A DNA stretch of 26,595 nt from an uncultured Oscillospiraceae bacterium (GCA_964522835.1 CAZFXB010000003.1:1-26595), one strand, 5' to 3'. Shown: positions 8,580 to 17,167, counted from the first letter of the stretch. A program made the numbers and translations. The notes: generated by a model not told the origin, from the sequence alone.

Positions 8580-8969
8580 TTAGGCATCCAGCTCCATTCT
8601 GCCGGTGGCAGTCAGGTTCACCTTCTCCAGTACTGTGCCTCCCAGGGCGGTGCTCTCCTCCAGACTGCTCCACTGGCACCCTGTATAGATCACCCGCCGT
8701 CCCGGCTTTACAATAACCAGAGAGAAATTCTCCATCTCGTAGAAATTAAGTCCATCCTGCAATGCCTTGTCCGTTGCATAAAGTCGGCTCAGCTCCAGCG
8801 TATACTTGCTGAGCCCCCGAATGGTCGCCACAGGCTCCTGCTGCCCAAATGCCTCAATATTCTTGCTGACTCTGGTGGTCACTGCCCGATAGGACTGTAC
8901 CACCGCCACCTTGGTTCCATCACACTCCAGATAAATATCCGCACTTGTGGGTATTTTCACTGTTTCCAT
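8580..8969 (-). CDS. Tail tube protein (129 aa)
   Basis: Follows the sheath gene. Alternating beta-strand pattern (IYLECDGTKVAVVQSYRA...YTLELSRLY...VIYTGCQWSS...LEKVNLTA) and size fit contractile-tail tubes. Confidence 0.75.
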   Translation of the reverse strand: METVKIPTSADIYLECDGTKVAVVQSYRAVTTRVSKNIEAFGQQEPVATIRGLSKYTLELSRLYATDKALQDGLNFYEMENFSLVIVKPGRRVIYTGCQWSSLEESTALGGTVLEKVNLTATGRMELDA

Positions 8970-8984
8970 GGTATGCTCCTCCTT

Positions 8985-10028
8985 TTACACTGAAATGTGG
9001 GCCGTCAAATAGATGCGGCTGATACCATGAGCCACCGCAAACGAGAACGTAACCAGACAAATGGTAGGATCCTCCGCATCTGCCTCCACTTCGATCTCCC
9101 CGTAGTCATCAATAATCTCCCGCTGCTTTCGATTTTCCAGCTCCACCACCACCTGAGAGCGAATGGCGCCCCGGGTTGCCTCATTGTTTTTCTTCCGAAT
9201 AAATCTGGCCCGTAGGGCATTCCGCACCCCAGGCACCACATCGTCCACGATTCTTATGGTGGTAAGTTCCCGCCAGCTGGCATCTGCCACACTGTTGGTG
9301 GTCGTCCTGGTGGTCACCGCCCGGATCAGGCTCACCGTACCGCCCGATGCCTCCAGCTGGCTGACACCGCCCTTTACCAGGGTGTCGATTTCCGTGTCCG
9401 TAAAACGCTGAGGCACATTTCCAATGCCCTTCAGCGCCACACCGTGAACCGGAACCGCCGGATCTGTCTCTCCGGCCAGCAAGCCTGCCACCGCTGCGGC
9501 TCCGTAGATACCGCCGCCGATGGAGCTGTCCCAGCTCAACTTTGCGCTGCCGGCCACCAATACCATTCGTTCGCAATTCAGGGAAGCCGCCCTGGACACC
9601 AGGGGATTAACGCCTGTACTGGCCATACCGATCACACCAATGCACTCATTTCCATCTTCCGCTGCCGCCTGAAGTGCATTCCGCATAACCAGTTGAACAT
9701 CTCCGTAATCGCAGTCGCAGATCAGGAAGGATGCCTGTTTTTCCTCCAGCAGCTTTTCTATTGCTACTTTGTAGTTGTCCGCCGTATCATCTGCCGACGG
9801 ATACAGCAGCACAGTTCCTGCGCCGTTCATCAGCAGCAGTCTGGTCAGATTCAGCACCACCTTCTGAGATCCCAGTACACGCTCTGCCTGGCTGATCGAG
9901 GTGATGGTTACCAGACCCGAGCCTGCGAACACCCCCGCCAGTGCCACAGTCCTGCTGCCGCCGCTGGATACCAGTATGGTTGACATTTCATAATTTGAAT
10001 ACACGCCCGTTCGTTCGTGATAATCCAT
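8985..10028 (-). CDS. Contractile tail sheath protein (compact, 347 aa)
   Basis: N-terminal RTGVYS; C-terminal 'IDTLVKGGV...LIRAVTT...WRELTTIRIVDDV...IRKKNNEATRGAIRSQV...FSFAVAHGISRIYLT' sheath signature. RBS AAAGGAG, start 10028. Confidence 0.9.
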   Translation of the reverse strand: MDYHERTGVYSNYEMSTILVSSGGSRTVALAGVFAGSGLVTITSISQAERVLGSQKVVLNLTRLLLMNGAGTVLLYPSADDTADNYKVAIEKLLEEKQASFLICDCDYGDVQLVMRNALQAAAEDGNECIGVIGMASTGVNPLVSRAASLNCERMVLVAGSAKLSWDSSIGGGIYGAAAVAGLLAGETDPAVPVHGVALKGIGNVPQRFTDTEIDTLVKGGVSQLEASGGTVSLIRAVTTRTTTNSVADASWRELTTIRIVDDVVPGVRNALRARFIRKKNNEATRGAIRSQVVVELENRKQREIIDDYGEIEVEADAEDPTICLVTFSFAVAHGISRIYLTAHISV

Positions 10029-10057
10029 TCTTACATCTCCTTTTTCGCTTCTGTTAA

Positions 10058-10091
10058 GAGGCCGCATCAGGCTTCACCGGATGCAGCCTCT
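10058..10091. other. Stem-loop in the head/tail intergenic gap
   Basis: AGAGGCCGCATC...GATGCAGCCTCT (11/12 complementary, G-U compatible on the minus-strand mRNA); no U-tract on the coding strand. Confidence 0.5.
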
Positions 10092-10094
10092 TTC

Positions 10095-10568
10095 TCACAG
10101 CATCAATGCCTTCACCCGGAAATCGCTCAGCGCAACTCCGCTGTCTGTCTCCGTGCCATAGGCCATAATTCGGCTCTGTACCGTAATTTCCTGTCGAAAG
10201 CAGTCCCGCAGACTATCATACTGGGCCTCAGCGCACAGAATCTCCTGTACCCCCAGCTGCCCCACTGCCAGCAGCACTGCGTTCATGATTTCTTCCCCAA
10301 AGGCCTCTGCCTCCGGTGCCCCCAGTTCCTTCGGGGTCAGCAATACCAGCGCAAATGTAACCGTCAGCTCTGCCCCATAGACCTCATTGCCGTCAATGTC
10401 CAGCCCCAGATACTGCTGAAAGGCCCCCTGGGCTCCGGTGATCTGCCGAAGGGAAACGAACACACCCTTCTCCTTCTGTAAGGGCCCCATTTTCCAGGCC
10501 CCGCCGTCTGCCGCCGAGATTCCTGCCTGCTTCAGTGCCGCTTTCAGCGCAGCTTTAAGCTCCTGCAT
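10095..10568 (-). CDS. Putative tail terminator / completion protein
   Basis: 157 aa directly upstream of the sheath gene; position-based call. Confidence 0.5.
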   Translation of the reverse strand: MQELKAALKAALKQAGISAADGGAWKMGPLQKEKGVFVSLRQITGAQGAFQQYLGLDIDGNEVYGAELTVTFALVLLTPKELGAPEAEAFGEEIMNAVLLAVGQLGVQEILCAEAQYDSLRDCFRQEITVQSRIMAYGTETDSGVALSDFRVKALML

Positions 10569-10899
10569 CTTCGCTCCCTCCCTGGATCAGCAGTGCCCAC
10601 CAATATAAGTTTTCTCCCGCTGCCTCATATCGTTCCTTCCTGCGCAGGAAAAATGTTCTTTCCCCAGCCGTCACCGTGTGTACCTCTGTCAGATCCACCT
10701 CCGGCAGTCCAAAGTATTGATAGCTTCCCGGTGGAAAATATCCATCCGGCAGGGCCGCAATGCTTCTGGCGTTTTCCGAAACACTATGTACCGGGTCAAT
10801 GATGGCTCTGGTCTCCTGGTCGCCCCATTTTCCCTTCAACACCACAGGCTGTCCCAGCAGCCGGATTTTTTCTCCAATGCTTTCGCCCATCTGTTTCAT
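10555..10899 (-). CDS. Putative head closure (SPP1 gp16-like) protein
   Basis: 114 aa beta-rich protein following the connector gene; start ATG 10899 right after the upstream TAA. Confidence 0.5.
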   Translation of the reverse strand: MKQMGESIGEKIRLLGQPVVLKGKWGDQETRAIIDPVHSVSENARSIAALPDGYFPPGSYQYFGLPEVDLTEVHTVTAGERTFFLRRKERYEAAGENLYWWALLIQGGSEDAGA

Positions 10900-10900
10900 A

Positions 10901-11236
10901 TTAAACCCTCTGAAATCCAAAGCTCTGATCCTTCATCCAGGGTCTCAGCAATTCTATCGCCGCCGAGGTGAATCGGTCTCCCTCCTGACTGACCGACAGG
11001 CTGACGGAACCAGCAGCAAAGCTGCTGATGGCTCCCTCCCCTACGCCGTCCTCCCAGGCTTTTGCTGCCAATGCAGCCACTGCAACAGGGAATGCCTTTC
11101 CGCAGTCCTCCACGGTCACATCCTCCTTCAGCCGCATTTTGAGGGAGTTGTACGCACTCTGGCACAAGGCCGCCAAAAGCGTATCGTCCTTTTCGCCACC
11201 GGATATTTCGGCTGCCATGGTCAAAATCTCGTCCAT
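10901..11236 (-). CDS. Head-tail connector (SPP1 gp15 / HK97 gp6-like)
   Basis: Directly after the capsid gene; helical N-terminus plus 'ISSFAAGSVSLS' hairpin typical of this class. Confidence 0.7.
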   Translation of the reverse strand: MDEILTMAAEISGGEKDDTLLAALCQSAYNSLKMRLKEDVTVEDCGKAFPVAVAALAAKAWEDGVGEGAISSFAAGSVSLSVSQEGDRFTSAAIELLRPWMKDQSFGFQRV

Positions 11237-11237
11237 A

Positions 11238-12269
11238 TTACAACTTCAGCGCCTTCACCGCTTCTGTCTGGATTTTTACAAAGCCCACCATGCAGGTAAT
11301 GGCCGCACGCTCAATCTGCCGATCAATGAGCTTGTCATATTCCACTTCAACATCTCCTGCCTTCACCATCTCCAGGGCGTACCGACGATCCAGACCGATC
11401 ATGGTACCTGCCTCCAGGCTGTCATTCCGGATCAGCTTGGCACCCAGAGGGGAAATCACGTTGCCCTTGCTCTGGAAATCAAAACCTGCCAAAGGATTCT
11501 TCATTTCGTCCATATTCAGCAGCTTTACCATCATATCGGGCGCAACGATCAGCGTGTTCATCTCGTATGGATGGAACAGGCTCCAGAACTTCACCAGTGC
11601 CTCGTAATCGAGAACATCCTCGGTTCCGCCGATGGTAGCATCTCCGGGGGAATAGACCGGGGCCACATTCTCGTTGTCCTGACCGTCTCCCTCCAGCAGG
11701 CATTTGACTGCCTCATCCATAAGCTGTGCCTGCATGTGTGCACCGATCTGCCGCAGCATCACCGAAAACAGATCCAGCCGCTGGAACCGGATTGCCTCAT
11801 AGGATGCGCTGAGGATTCTGCCTCGTTTCCGCAGAGTCACATAGTTTTCCCTTGCGAAGATGTTCGTCTCCGGAATGGACGCACCCTCGGCCACCTCAGC
11901 CAGACTCTTCATCTCCTCCGAAGGGATCGAATACATGGATCTGTAGTCGTAGGAATTGATGTTGGTCACCGTTGAAACAATGTCTCCCAGGTGATCCTCC
12001 CCTTCCATACCCTGGTGGATCATTCTGTGAATGTATTCCGGAAAGAGAACCCTGGATTCCACCGTGGAGAAAAACTTGTCCACACAATCCGAGTTAGGGC
12101 CCTTTACCTTGATGTCAAACCGCTTGAGCTGCCGCTGAAAAGCGTCCAGATGCTCATAGGCAGTTCCCCGGTAGTTTTCACTGGGATCCAGCCGCTCCAG
12201 CACCTGAGAAAAGCTCTTTCCGCTTTCTCCATACATTCCCTTATCCAGTTTCAGATTATCAAATGCCAT
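11238..12269 (-). CDS. Major capsid protein, HK97 fold (343 aa)
   Basis: AEVAEGASIPET, VTLRKRGRILSASYEAIRFQRLDLF, 'EYDKLIDRQIERAAITCMVGFVKI...AVKAL' HK97-type motifs. Confidence 0.9.
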   Translation of the reverse strand: MAFDNLKLDKGMYGESGKSFSQVLERLDPSENYRGTAYEHLDAFQRQLKRFDIKVKGPNSDCVDKFFSTVESRVLFPEYIHRMIHQGMEGEDHLGDIVSTVTNINSYDYRSMYSIPSEEMKSLAEVAEGASIPETNIFARENYVTLRKRGRILSASYEAIRFQRLDLFSVMLRQIGAHMQAQLMDEAVKCLLEGDGQDNENVAPVYSPGDATIGGTEDVLDYEALVKFWSLFHPYEMNTLIVAPDMMVKLLNMDEMKNPLAGFDFQSKGNVISPLGAKLIRNDSLEAGTMIGLDRRYALEMVKAGDVEVEYDKLIDRQIERAAITCMVGFVKIQTEAVKALKL

Positions 12270-12286
12270 AGTAATCGCTCCTCTCT

Positions 12287-12634
12287 TTACAGTAAAAATG
12301 TGACATAACGTTCCGTGGTATCCACTGCAACCACCAGCCGGGGCACATTGCCCGCAATCCCGGAAAGGGCTTTTACGTATCCATTTCCGTCGGCCACCAG
12401 TTCACAATATCCCACCGTAGGAGCCGTCACCCCGCTATAGGGCATTTTGATAAATCCGCCCACCTGCATGGTTGCGTTTCCGTCCCGCTCCCAGAGGCAC
12501 ACCCCGTGAAATACATCCCCGTTGTCGCACCAGTATCCGGCGTCATTTTCGCTCACCTTGGACACACACCCCGGGCTCATGCCTTTATTCTTCAGTGTAA
12601 TGTCCACTTCTCCGATTCCATTGTAGCTGTACAT
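12287..12634 (-). CDS. Putative capsid decoration/cement protein (115 aa)
   Basis: Between protease and capsid genes; small Gly-rich beta protein (GDVFHGV...ATMQVGG...LVADGNGYVK). Confidence 0.55.
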   Translation of the reverse strand: MYSYNGIGEVDITLKNKGMSPGCVSKVSENDAGYWCDNGDVFHGVCLWERDGNATMQVGGFIKMPYSGVTAPTVGYCELVADGNGYVKALSGIAGNVPRLVVAVDTTERYVTFLL

Positions 12635-12654
12635 AAATGTTCCTCCTTAGTAAA

Positions 12655-12969
12655 TTAAATTCGATAGACCTCGCCGTCGCAGTCCTTTACAACATCTGCC
12701 GACAGCTGACTTTTCCCGCAGTGGAGCTGCTCCATTTTCTTTTGGAACCCCTTATGGAGCTTGTCCAGCACATCGTCCTCCAGTCCCATGGCCATTTCCT
12801 CCAGTTCCTTTCGGCTCAGTCCCAGTTCCAGTGCCACGCCCATCCGTGCAAAGTCCTGTTCCTTTTCGATTCGCTGGGCCTCTCCGTAGCTGGCCAGTGC
12901 CTTCAGCTTGGCAAGCTCCTTTTTCAGCCCTTCCAGTCCGCTTTTCTCCACATACTCCTTCAAACCCAT
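12655..12969 (-). CDS. Putative nested in-frame scaffold protein (104 aa)
   Basis: Perfect SD AAAGGAGGTGA (12974-12984) upstream of the in-frame ATG at 12969, right after the protease domain ends. Confidence 0.6.
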   Translation of the reverse strand: MGLKEYVEKSGLEGLKKELAKLKALASYGEAQRIEKEQDFARMGVALELGLSRKELEEMAMGLEDDVLDKLHKGFQKKMEQLHCGKSQLSADVVKDCDGEVYRI

Positions 12970-13557
12970 ATATTCACCTCCTTTCCAGTGCTTCACCACC
13001 CCAGCCCTGGGCTGGGCCGGCACTGCCACAAAGGAGAATTCATAGGCATCCAGAGGCTCCTGTAAGATTCCAATACACATCTCCCCCTCGTAATATTTGC
13101 CCGGCACATGGCCGCAGGCACCGATCTCCCCGCCGCAGATGGAGCAGGTCTTTCGCCCCATGCTACAGGATATGCTGACCTCCCGGCGAATGCCGCTTTC
13201 AATATCATGGATTACTTCCTCTTTTCCCTTTCGGGGTATATAGGCCCAGCCCCGTAGCCAGGAGCTCTCCGGTTCCCGTACCACTTCTGTGTCGAAAACC
13301 CGTGCCACCTGCTTCTCTGCGGACCAGTTGTGATCCACAATGCCGGGTTTTCCCACAAACAGCTTCCCCAGGGTCTCCAGCGCCTCACGGTCAAACTGTT
13401 CGTAGTCCCGATCCACCTGATCGTCGCAGAGCCGGACAGAAAAGGCATATACCTCCTCTGATGTAAGGGCTGTTTTGCTTTGGAGATTGATTTTCTCCAA
13501 CTGACCATCATCCGGCACTCCGCCGGGAAGGCCCATTCCCTGTTTATTGATCTTCAT
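12655..13557 (-). CDS. Prohead maturation protease with C-terminal scaffold-like coiled coil (300 aa)
   Basis: GKPGIVDHNW (His), REVSISC (Ser), AYEFSFVAVPAQPRA (HK97-type protease end). RBS AAGGAGG before ATG 13557. Confidence 0.85.
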   Translation of the reverse strand: MKINKQGMGLPGGVPDDGQLEKINLQSKTALTSEEVYAFSVRLCDDQVDRDYEQFDREALETLGKLFVGKPGIVDHNWSAEKQVARVFDTEVVREPESSWLRGWAYIPRKGKEEVIHDIESGIRREVSISCSMGRKTCSICGGEIGACGHVPGKYYEGEMCIGILQEPLDAYEFSFVAVPAQPRAGVVKHWKGGEYMGLKEYVEKSGLEGLKKELAKLKALASYGEAQRIEKEQDFARMGVALELGLSRKELEEMAMGLEDDVLDKLHKGFQKKMEQLHCGKSQLSADVVKDCDGEVYRI

Positions 13558-14695
13558 GTGCTTCCTCCTTCTGTAAATTCTCAGCCTGTACCCGGTAAAG
13601 GGCGGTCTTGGCCTCCTCCACCATGTCCTGCAAGCTGATGTCCTCCCAAACCACCTCATAGCCGCAATCCCAGCCCTGGAGCCGCAGGAAGGTTTCCCCG
13701 ATCTTTTCCAGCACCGGGGTCACCGCCCGTCGAATGGCCCAAAGCTCCGAGGTCAGCATATCTGCCTGCTGCTGGCTCATCCGTTCCGTAGAGGCCCAAC
13801 TCAGCCCCAGCAGGAATGGGGGCAGTCCTGTTTTTGCCACCAGCTGTTCCAGAATCTGCCTTACCGGCACCTCCGAGTCCAGCACCGGGCCATCTGCACC
13901 AATGACTTTGATCTCCACATCGCCTACCGCCACAAAATCCCGAACCGCCCCGCTTTTGCTCTCCTCCATGGCCTGGCTCCACTCTCTGGCCATGGTAGAC
14001 AGTCTATGTTCCACAGTCCCCTGATCCACATTTTCTTCCCCGGGCCGATATACCACCGAGTAGCGCACATTGCCTGCCCGCTCCCAGTTTCGGCCCACTG
14101 TCTCGTAGATTTTCATCAGGATTTCTGTCAGAAACGGCATACTTCGGAACAGGCTCACCCCATAAGGGCTCCCCACCTCCGGATTCAATGTAGAAAACAG
14201 CAGCAGCTCCTGCCGGGGCAGCGGCATCATTTGTCCAAATTCATTGGGGCCGCAAATGGTAATGTCCAGCGGACTCTCCCCCTGCCGGATCTCCGCCTGG
14301 GTCACATCTCCCCACAGCACCGCCTGTACCCCCTCCGGCCCTGTGACCAGTTCCCCCAGGGCCCGGCCATAGGTCAGCATACTGTCGAGATACCCGCCCA
14401 GGAAGCCATCCAGTCCCACCTGTCCCCGGCCCACAGGCACCTTTCGGAGGAATTCCTCCATGGCCTTCTGCGCCCCCGGCGCAGTGCATTCAATGGTAAA
14501 CCCGCCAACCAACCGGATCAGCTTTCCCACCGCCGCATCCAGAATGGGTACGCTTTCCCGAATCCCCCGGTACAGCCGTTCCTGGCTGCCCCCCAAGGGG
14601 ATTTGGCTGCTCAGACCTCCAAAGCGAAGTCCCTGATCTGTCCGCAGCTGGGTAGCCTGTACACCGCCACCCCGGGCCTTCTTCCAAAATTTCAT
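13544..14695 (-). CDS. Portal protein (383 aa)
   Basis: Between large terminase and protease. NPEVGSPYGVSLFR, 'GNVRYSVVY', KTGLPPFLLGLSW portal-like motifs. Confidence 0.85.
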   Translation of the reverse strand: MKFWKKARGGGVQATQLRTDQGLRFGGLSSQIPLGGSQERLYRGIRESVPILDAAVGKLIRLVGGFTIECTAPGAQKAMEEFLRKVPVGRGQVGLDGFLGGYLDSMLTYGRALGELVTGPEGVQAVLWGDVTQAEIRQGESPLDITICGPNEFGQMMPLPRQELLLFSTLNPEVGSPYGVSLFRSMPFLTEILMKIYETVGRNWERAGNVRYSVVYRPGEENVDQGTVEHRLSTMAREWSQAMEESKSGAVRDFVAVGDVEIKVIGADGPVLDSEVPVRQILEQLVAKTGLPPFLLGLSWASTERMSQQQADMLTSELWAIRRAVTPVLEKIGETFLRLQGWDCGYEVVWEDISLQDMVEEAKTALYRVQAENLQKEEAHEDQ

Positions 14696-15954
14696 CGAAT
14701 TCCTCCTGTTCTTCTGGCCACCGCCTGGGCCCCAAAGGCCGTTTCCGTTCCGCCCAGTATGGTGGCCGCAAAATATCGCATATCGTCCATGGCGTGGTCA
14801 TATTCCTTCCGCACCGTGTCCTTGCCATTCTTATCGTCCCAGGCATACAGCTCCATTTCTCTGAGGCAGTCGCAGCAGCCGCTGCATATTTTGATTTTCC
14901 CGTTTTTCAGCAGCTCTGCCGTCCGCCGGATCCCAGATAGCACATCGTTGTCTGCCTTTTTCACATGCCACCCCTCTCTCCGGAGCAGCTCTGAAAAGCT
15001 GGCCGCCGATGGGTCAATCACCACCGCCCGGATTTTTCTTCCTCCTGCCAGCCTTGCAAGTGCCCTGGCATATTCCCCGTCTGTCAGCTGCCGTCCCTCC
15101 CGCTTGGAGTCGTAGTAGTATTCGTTCAGCCGATACCAAACCCCCGCCTTGCTGCCCCATAGCCCAAAGGATGTGGGATTCACCGTGCCATAGTCGCAGG
15201 AGATGTAGTATTCTCCACAGGGCTCCTCCGGCCTTTCCACCGCCATATCCTGGGTGAAAAAATCGTAAACCCGTCCCTCCACACTGACCCATTTCCCCAA
15301 TATAAAACGTTCGTAGAAGGTTCCGGTATAGAGCCTTTCGTATCTTTCCCGAATCTGTCTCGTCAGGGATGGGTTGTCCTCCATGGTAAAGTGTAAATAC
15401 AGCGCCTTCTTTTCGTTTGCCCCCAGGATCCACTCCTTGTAGAACCAGTGTCCCGGCCCCTCCGGGTTACAGTTGAACCAGATTCGGCTCCCAGACAGAG
15501 AGCAGCGGGCCATGGCCTGCTCCACAAAGCTTCTGGGCATCAGGGCCACCTCGTCCATCAGCACCCCGCCGAAGGTAACACCCTGGATCAAAGAGGCCGA
15601 CCCCTCGTCCTTGCCGCCGAACTGATAAAACTCATTGGTTCGCCCCTTCCAGGTCACCGTCAGCAAATTTTCCGACCTTTTTTCCGTACATTTCAGCCCC
15701 AGCTCTCCAAGCACCGGCACAATCTCCTTCAGTACATTTCGCCGGAGGGAAATAATCGTTCTTCCGCAGAGGCCAAACCGACTCCCGTTGAAGCAGCACA
15801 TGGCCCATAGGAAGAAGCTCAAGCTCATGCTCAGGGTCTTTCCCGACCGAACAGCCCCATCGCAGATAATGGCCTCCATTTTGTGATAGGGACTTTTCCC
15901 CGTCCACCAGGTCAATACCGTTTTCTGCTTCGGTGAAAAGCTGATCAGGGTCAT
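14692..15954 (-). CDS. Terminase large subunit, PBSX (XtmB-like) family
   Basis: Walker A DGAVRSGKT, Walker B VLMDE, FNCNPEGP, nuclease DYGTVNP and DHAMDDMRY. Confidence 0.95.
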   Translation of the reverse strand: MTLISFSPKQKTVLTWWTGKSPYHKMEAIICDGAVRSGKTLSMSLSFFLWAMCCFNGSRFGLCGRTIISLRRNVLKEIVPVLGELGLKCTEKRSENLLTVTWKGRTNEFYQFGGKDEGSASLIQGVTFGGVLMDEVALMPRSFVEQAMARCSLSGSRIWFNCNPEGPGHWFYKEWILGANEKKALYLHFTMEDNPSLTRQIRERYERLYTGTFYERFILGKWVSVEGRVYDFFTQDMAVERPEEPCGEYYISCDYGTVNPTSFGLWGSKAGVWYRLNEYYYDSKREGRQLTDGEYARALARLAGGRKIRAVVIDPSAASFSELLRREGWHVKKADNDVLSGIRRTAELLKNGKIKICSGCCDCLREMELYAWDDKNGKDTVRKEYDHAMDDMRYFAATILGGTETAFGAQAVARRTGGIR

Positions 15955-16241
15955 ACCCCCTCCCCCTCCTGTAGAGAGCGAAGAAATGCCTCCGCACCGT
16001 CCTCATCGGTTTTCAGCAGCTCCAGCAGCCGGTTCAGAATGCTGACCCGGTCAATAAGCTTCAGTTCAATGTTGCCGTTGACCCCTCGCTTCACCTCGCT
16101 GACCAGACTCAAATCCACATCAGCCTCTGTGCACCGGCCCTCCAGCAGTGCCGCACACTCGCTTCCGCTGCCAAAGCCCAGCCGCACCAGCCGTTCCAGC
16201 ACATCCTCGTACCCGATTTTCTCCTTCTGCTTTTCTTCCAT
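15951..16241 (-). CDS. Terminase small subunit-like protein (96 aa), no obvious HTH
   Basis: ATGA overlap with the large subunit; 'VSEVKRGVNGNIELKLIDRVSILNRL' resembles the TerS oligomerisation segment. Confidence 0.7.
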   Translation of the reverse strand: MEEKQKEKIGYEDVLERLVRLGFGSGSECAALLEGRCTEADVDLSLVSEVKRGVNGNIELKLIDRVSILNRLLELLKTDEDGAEAFLRSLQEGEGV

Positions 16242-16308
16242 AAAAAATCTCCCTTCACCCATATTCTCCCAACTCTGGTTTTTTGCCTATTTTTCTGTCC
16301 TCTTTTCC

Positions 16309-16350
16309 GAAAAAATAAAAAAGCGTGTTGCAAACTTACCTGCAACACGC
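16309..16350 (-). terminator. Intrinsic terminator separating early genes from the late operon
   Basis: Perfect 10-bp stem GCGTGTTGCA / TGCAACACGC (16323-16350) followed on the minus strand by TTTTTTATTTTTT. Confidence 0.8.
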
Positions 16351-16364
16351 CCAAACAGTATTCC

Positions 16365-16520
16365 ATTCGTCCCGAAGGGACGGCAACCGGCCCTACAGCA
16401 ACCCCAAGGCCCCCTGAGAGCTGTAGGGCGGGCTGCCCTCAGCCCGCCGCTGGTACGCAGTCCTTGAACCCCACCACATCATTGCGAGCCAGTGATCGAC
16501 ATCTACTACGGTGGCAATCC
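16365..16520. repeat. Cluster of GC-rich palindromic (REP-like) units
   Basis: Hairpins CGTCCC-GAA-GGGACG; GCCCTACAGC...GCTGTAGGGC (16390-16429); GCGGGCTG-CCCT-CAGCCCGC; and a GGATTGCCAC...CACTGGCTCGCAATG unit on the minus strand. Confidence 0.6.
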
Positions 16521-16541
16521 GTATTTCCCCCGACAATAGCC

Positions 16542-16772
16542 CTAAGTACAATATTGAAGATAGTGGGCAATGCGGGATTCTGCTCTGCGCCGAAGTCGCT
16601 GGGCCGAGGCTGGGGTGATCCCCAGCTTTTTTGCAGTCTGGGCATCGTTCAGTTCTTCCACATAGTAGAGCTGGATCACCTGCTGCTGCCGTGGGGTCAG
16701 CTCCTGACGAATAATGGAGGGCAGAATGGCCCGCTTCTTTTCAAACAAAGGATCATAGTGCATATTTGCCAC
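16542..16772 (-). CDS. Sigma70 region-4-type HTH protein (76 aa), candidate late-operon activator
   Basis: ELTPRQQQVIQLYYVEELNDAQTAKKLGITPASAQRLRRRAESRI is a canonical sigma70_r4 HTH. GTG start with AAAGGGGG RBS; same position as PBSX xpf. Confidence 0.8.
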   Translation of the reverse strand: MANMHYDPLFEKKRAILPSIIRQELTPRQQQVIQLYYVEELNDAQTAKKLGITPASAQRLRRRAESRIAHYLQYCT

Positions 16773-16983
16773 GTTTTTGATACCCCCTTTCATAGTAGTG
16801 TTCCAGCAGCGTGGCAATTTCTCTGGTTTCCCGGCGAAGCTGGGTAAGCTCCAGGATCCGGCGATCCAGCCGAAAACATTCCTGGGGCGGACAGCTTTTC
16901 CGCAGTGCCCGGAGCTCCAGAATCCGGGTTCTGAGCCGGGCTTCCTGCTGGCGGTATTCCTTGGATAGCTCTAACAGTGTCAT
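16753..16983 (-). CDS. Small coiled-coil early protein (76 aa)
   Basis: AAAGGAGGG RBS, start MTLLELSKEY; overlaps both neighbours. Confidence 0.7.
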   Translation of the reverse strand: MTLLELSKEYRQQEARLRTRILELRALRKSCPPQECFRLDRRILELTQLRRETREIATLLEHYYERGYQKRGKYAL

Positions 16984-17144
16984 CGGATGCCCTCCTTTTG
17001 CAATTCTCGCCTGCGGCACCGGGGGCAGAAGCCGTCTTGCTTCATACCACGATAGAGCTCGCTGCCGCAGATGCGGCACCAGGATAAGGGCGAAAGGGCC
17101 TGCTGATCCTGACTTTTCCACGTCCTGGTTCCTTTTCTTTTCAT
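16980..17144 (-). CDS. Small Cys4 zinc-finger early protein (54 aa)
   Basis: CRIC...CPRC; AGGGGAG RBS; ATGA overlap with the next gene; first gene after the sigmaA promoter. Confidence 0.7.
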   Translation of the reverse strand: MKRKGTRTWKSQDQQALSPLSWCRICGSELYRGMKQDGFCPRCRRRELQKEGIR

Positions 17145-17167
17145 GAACACTCCCCTAAAATGTAAAT

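Noticed and set aside
12655-13659. Upstream-extended starts from the ORF track (13659, 4356, 6252, 6971, 10067, 17121, 17189, 17608, 22111, 2249)
   Set aside because: Extensions overlap neighbouring genes or promoters and lack RBSs; downstream starts have clear SD sequences or stop/start coupling.
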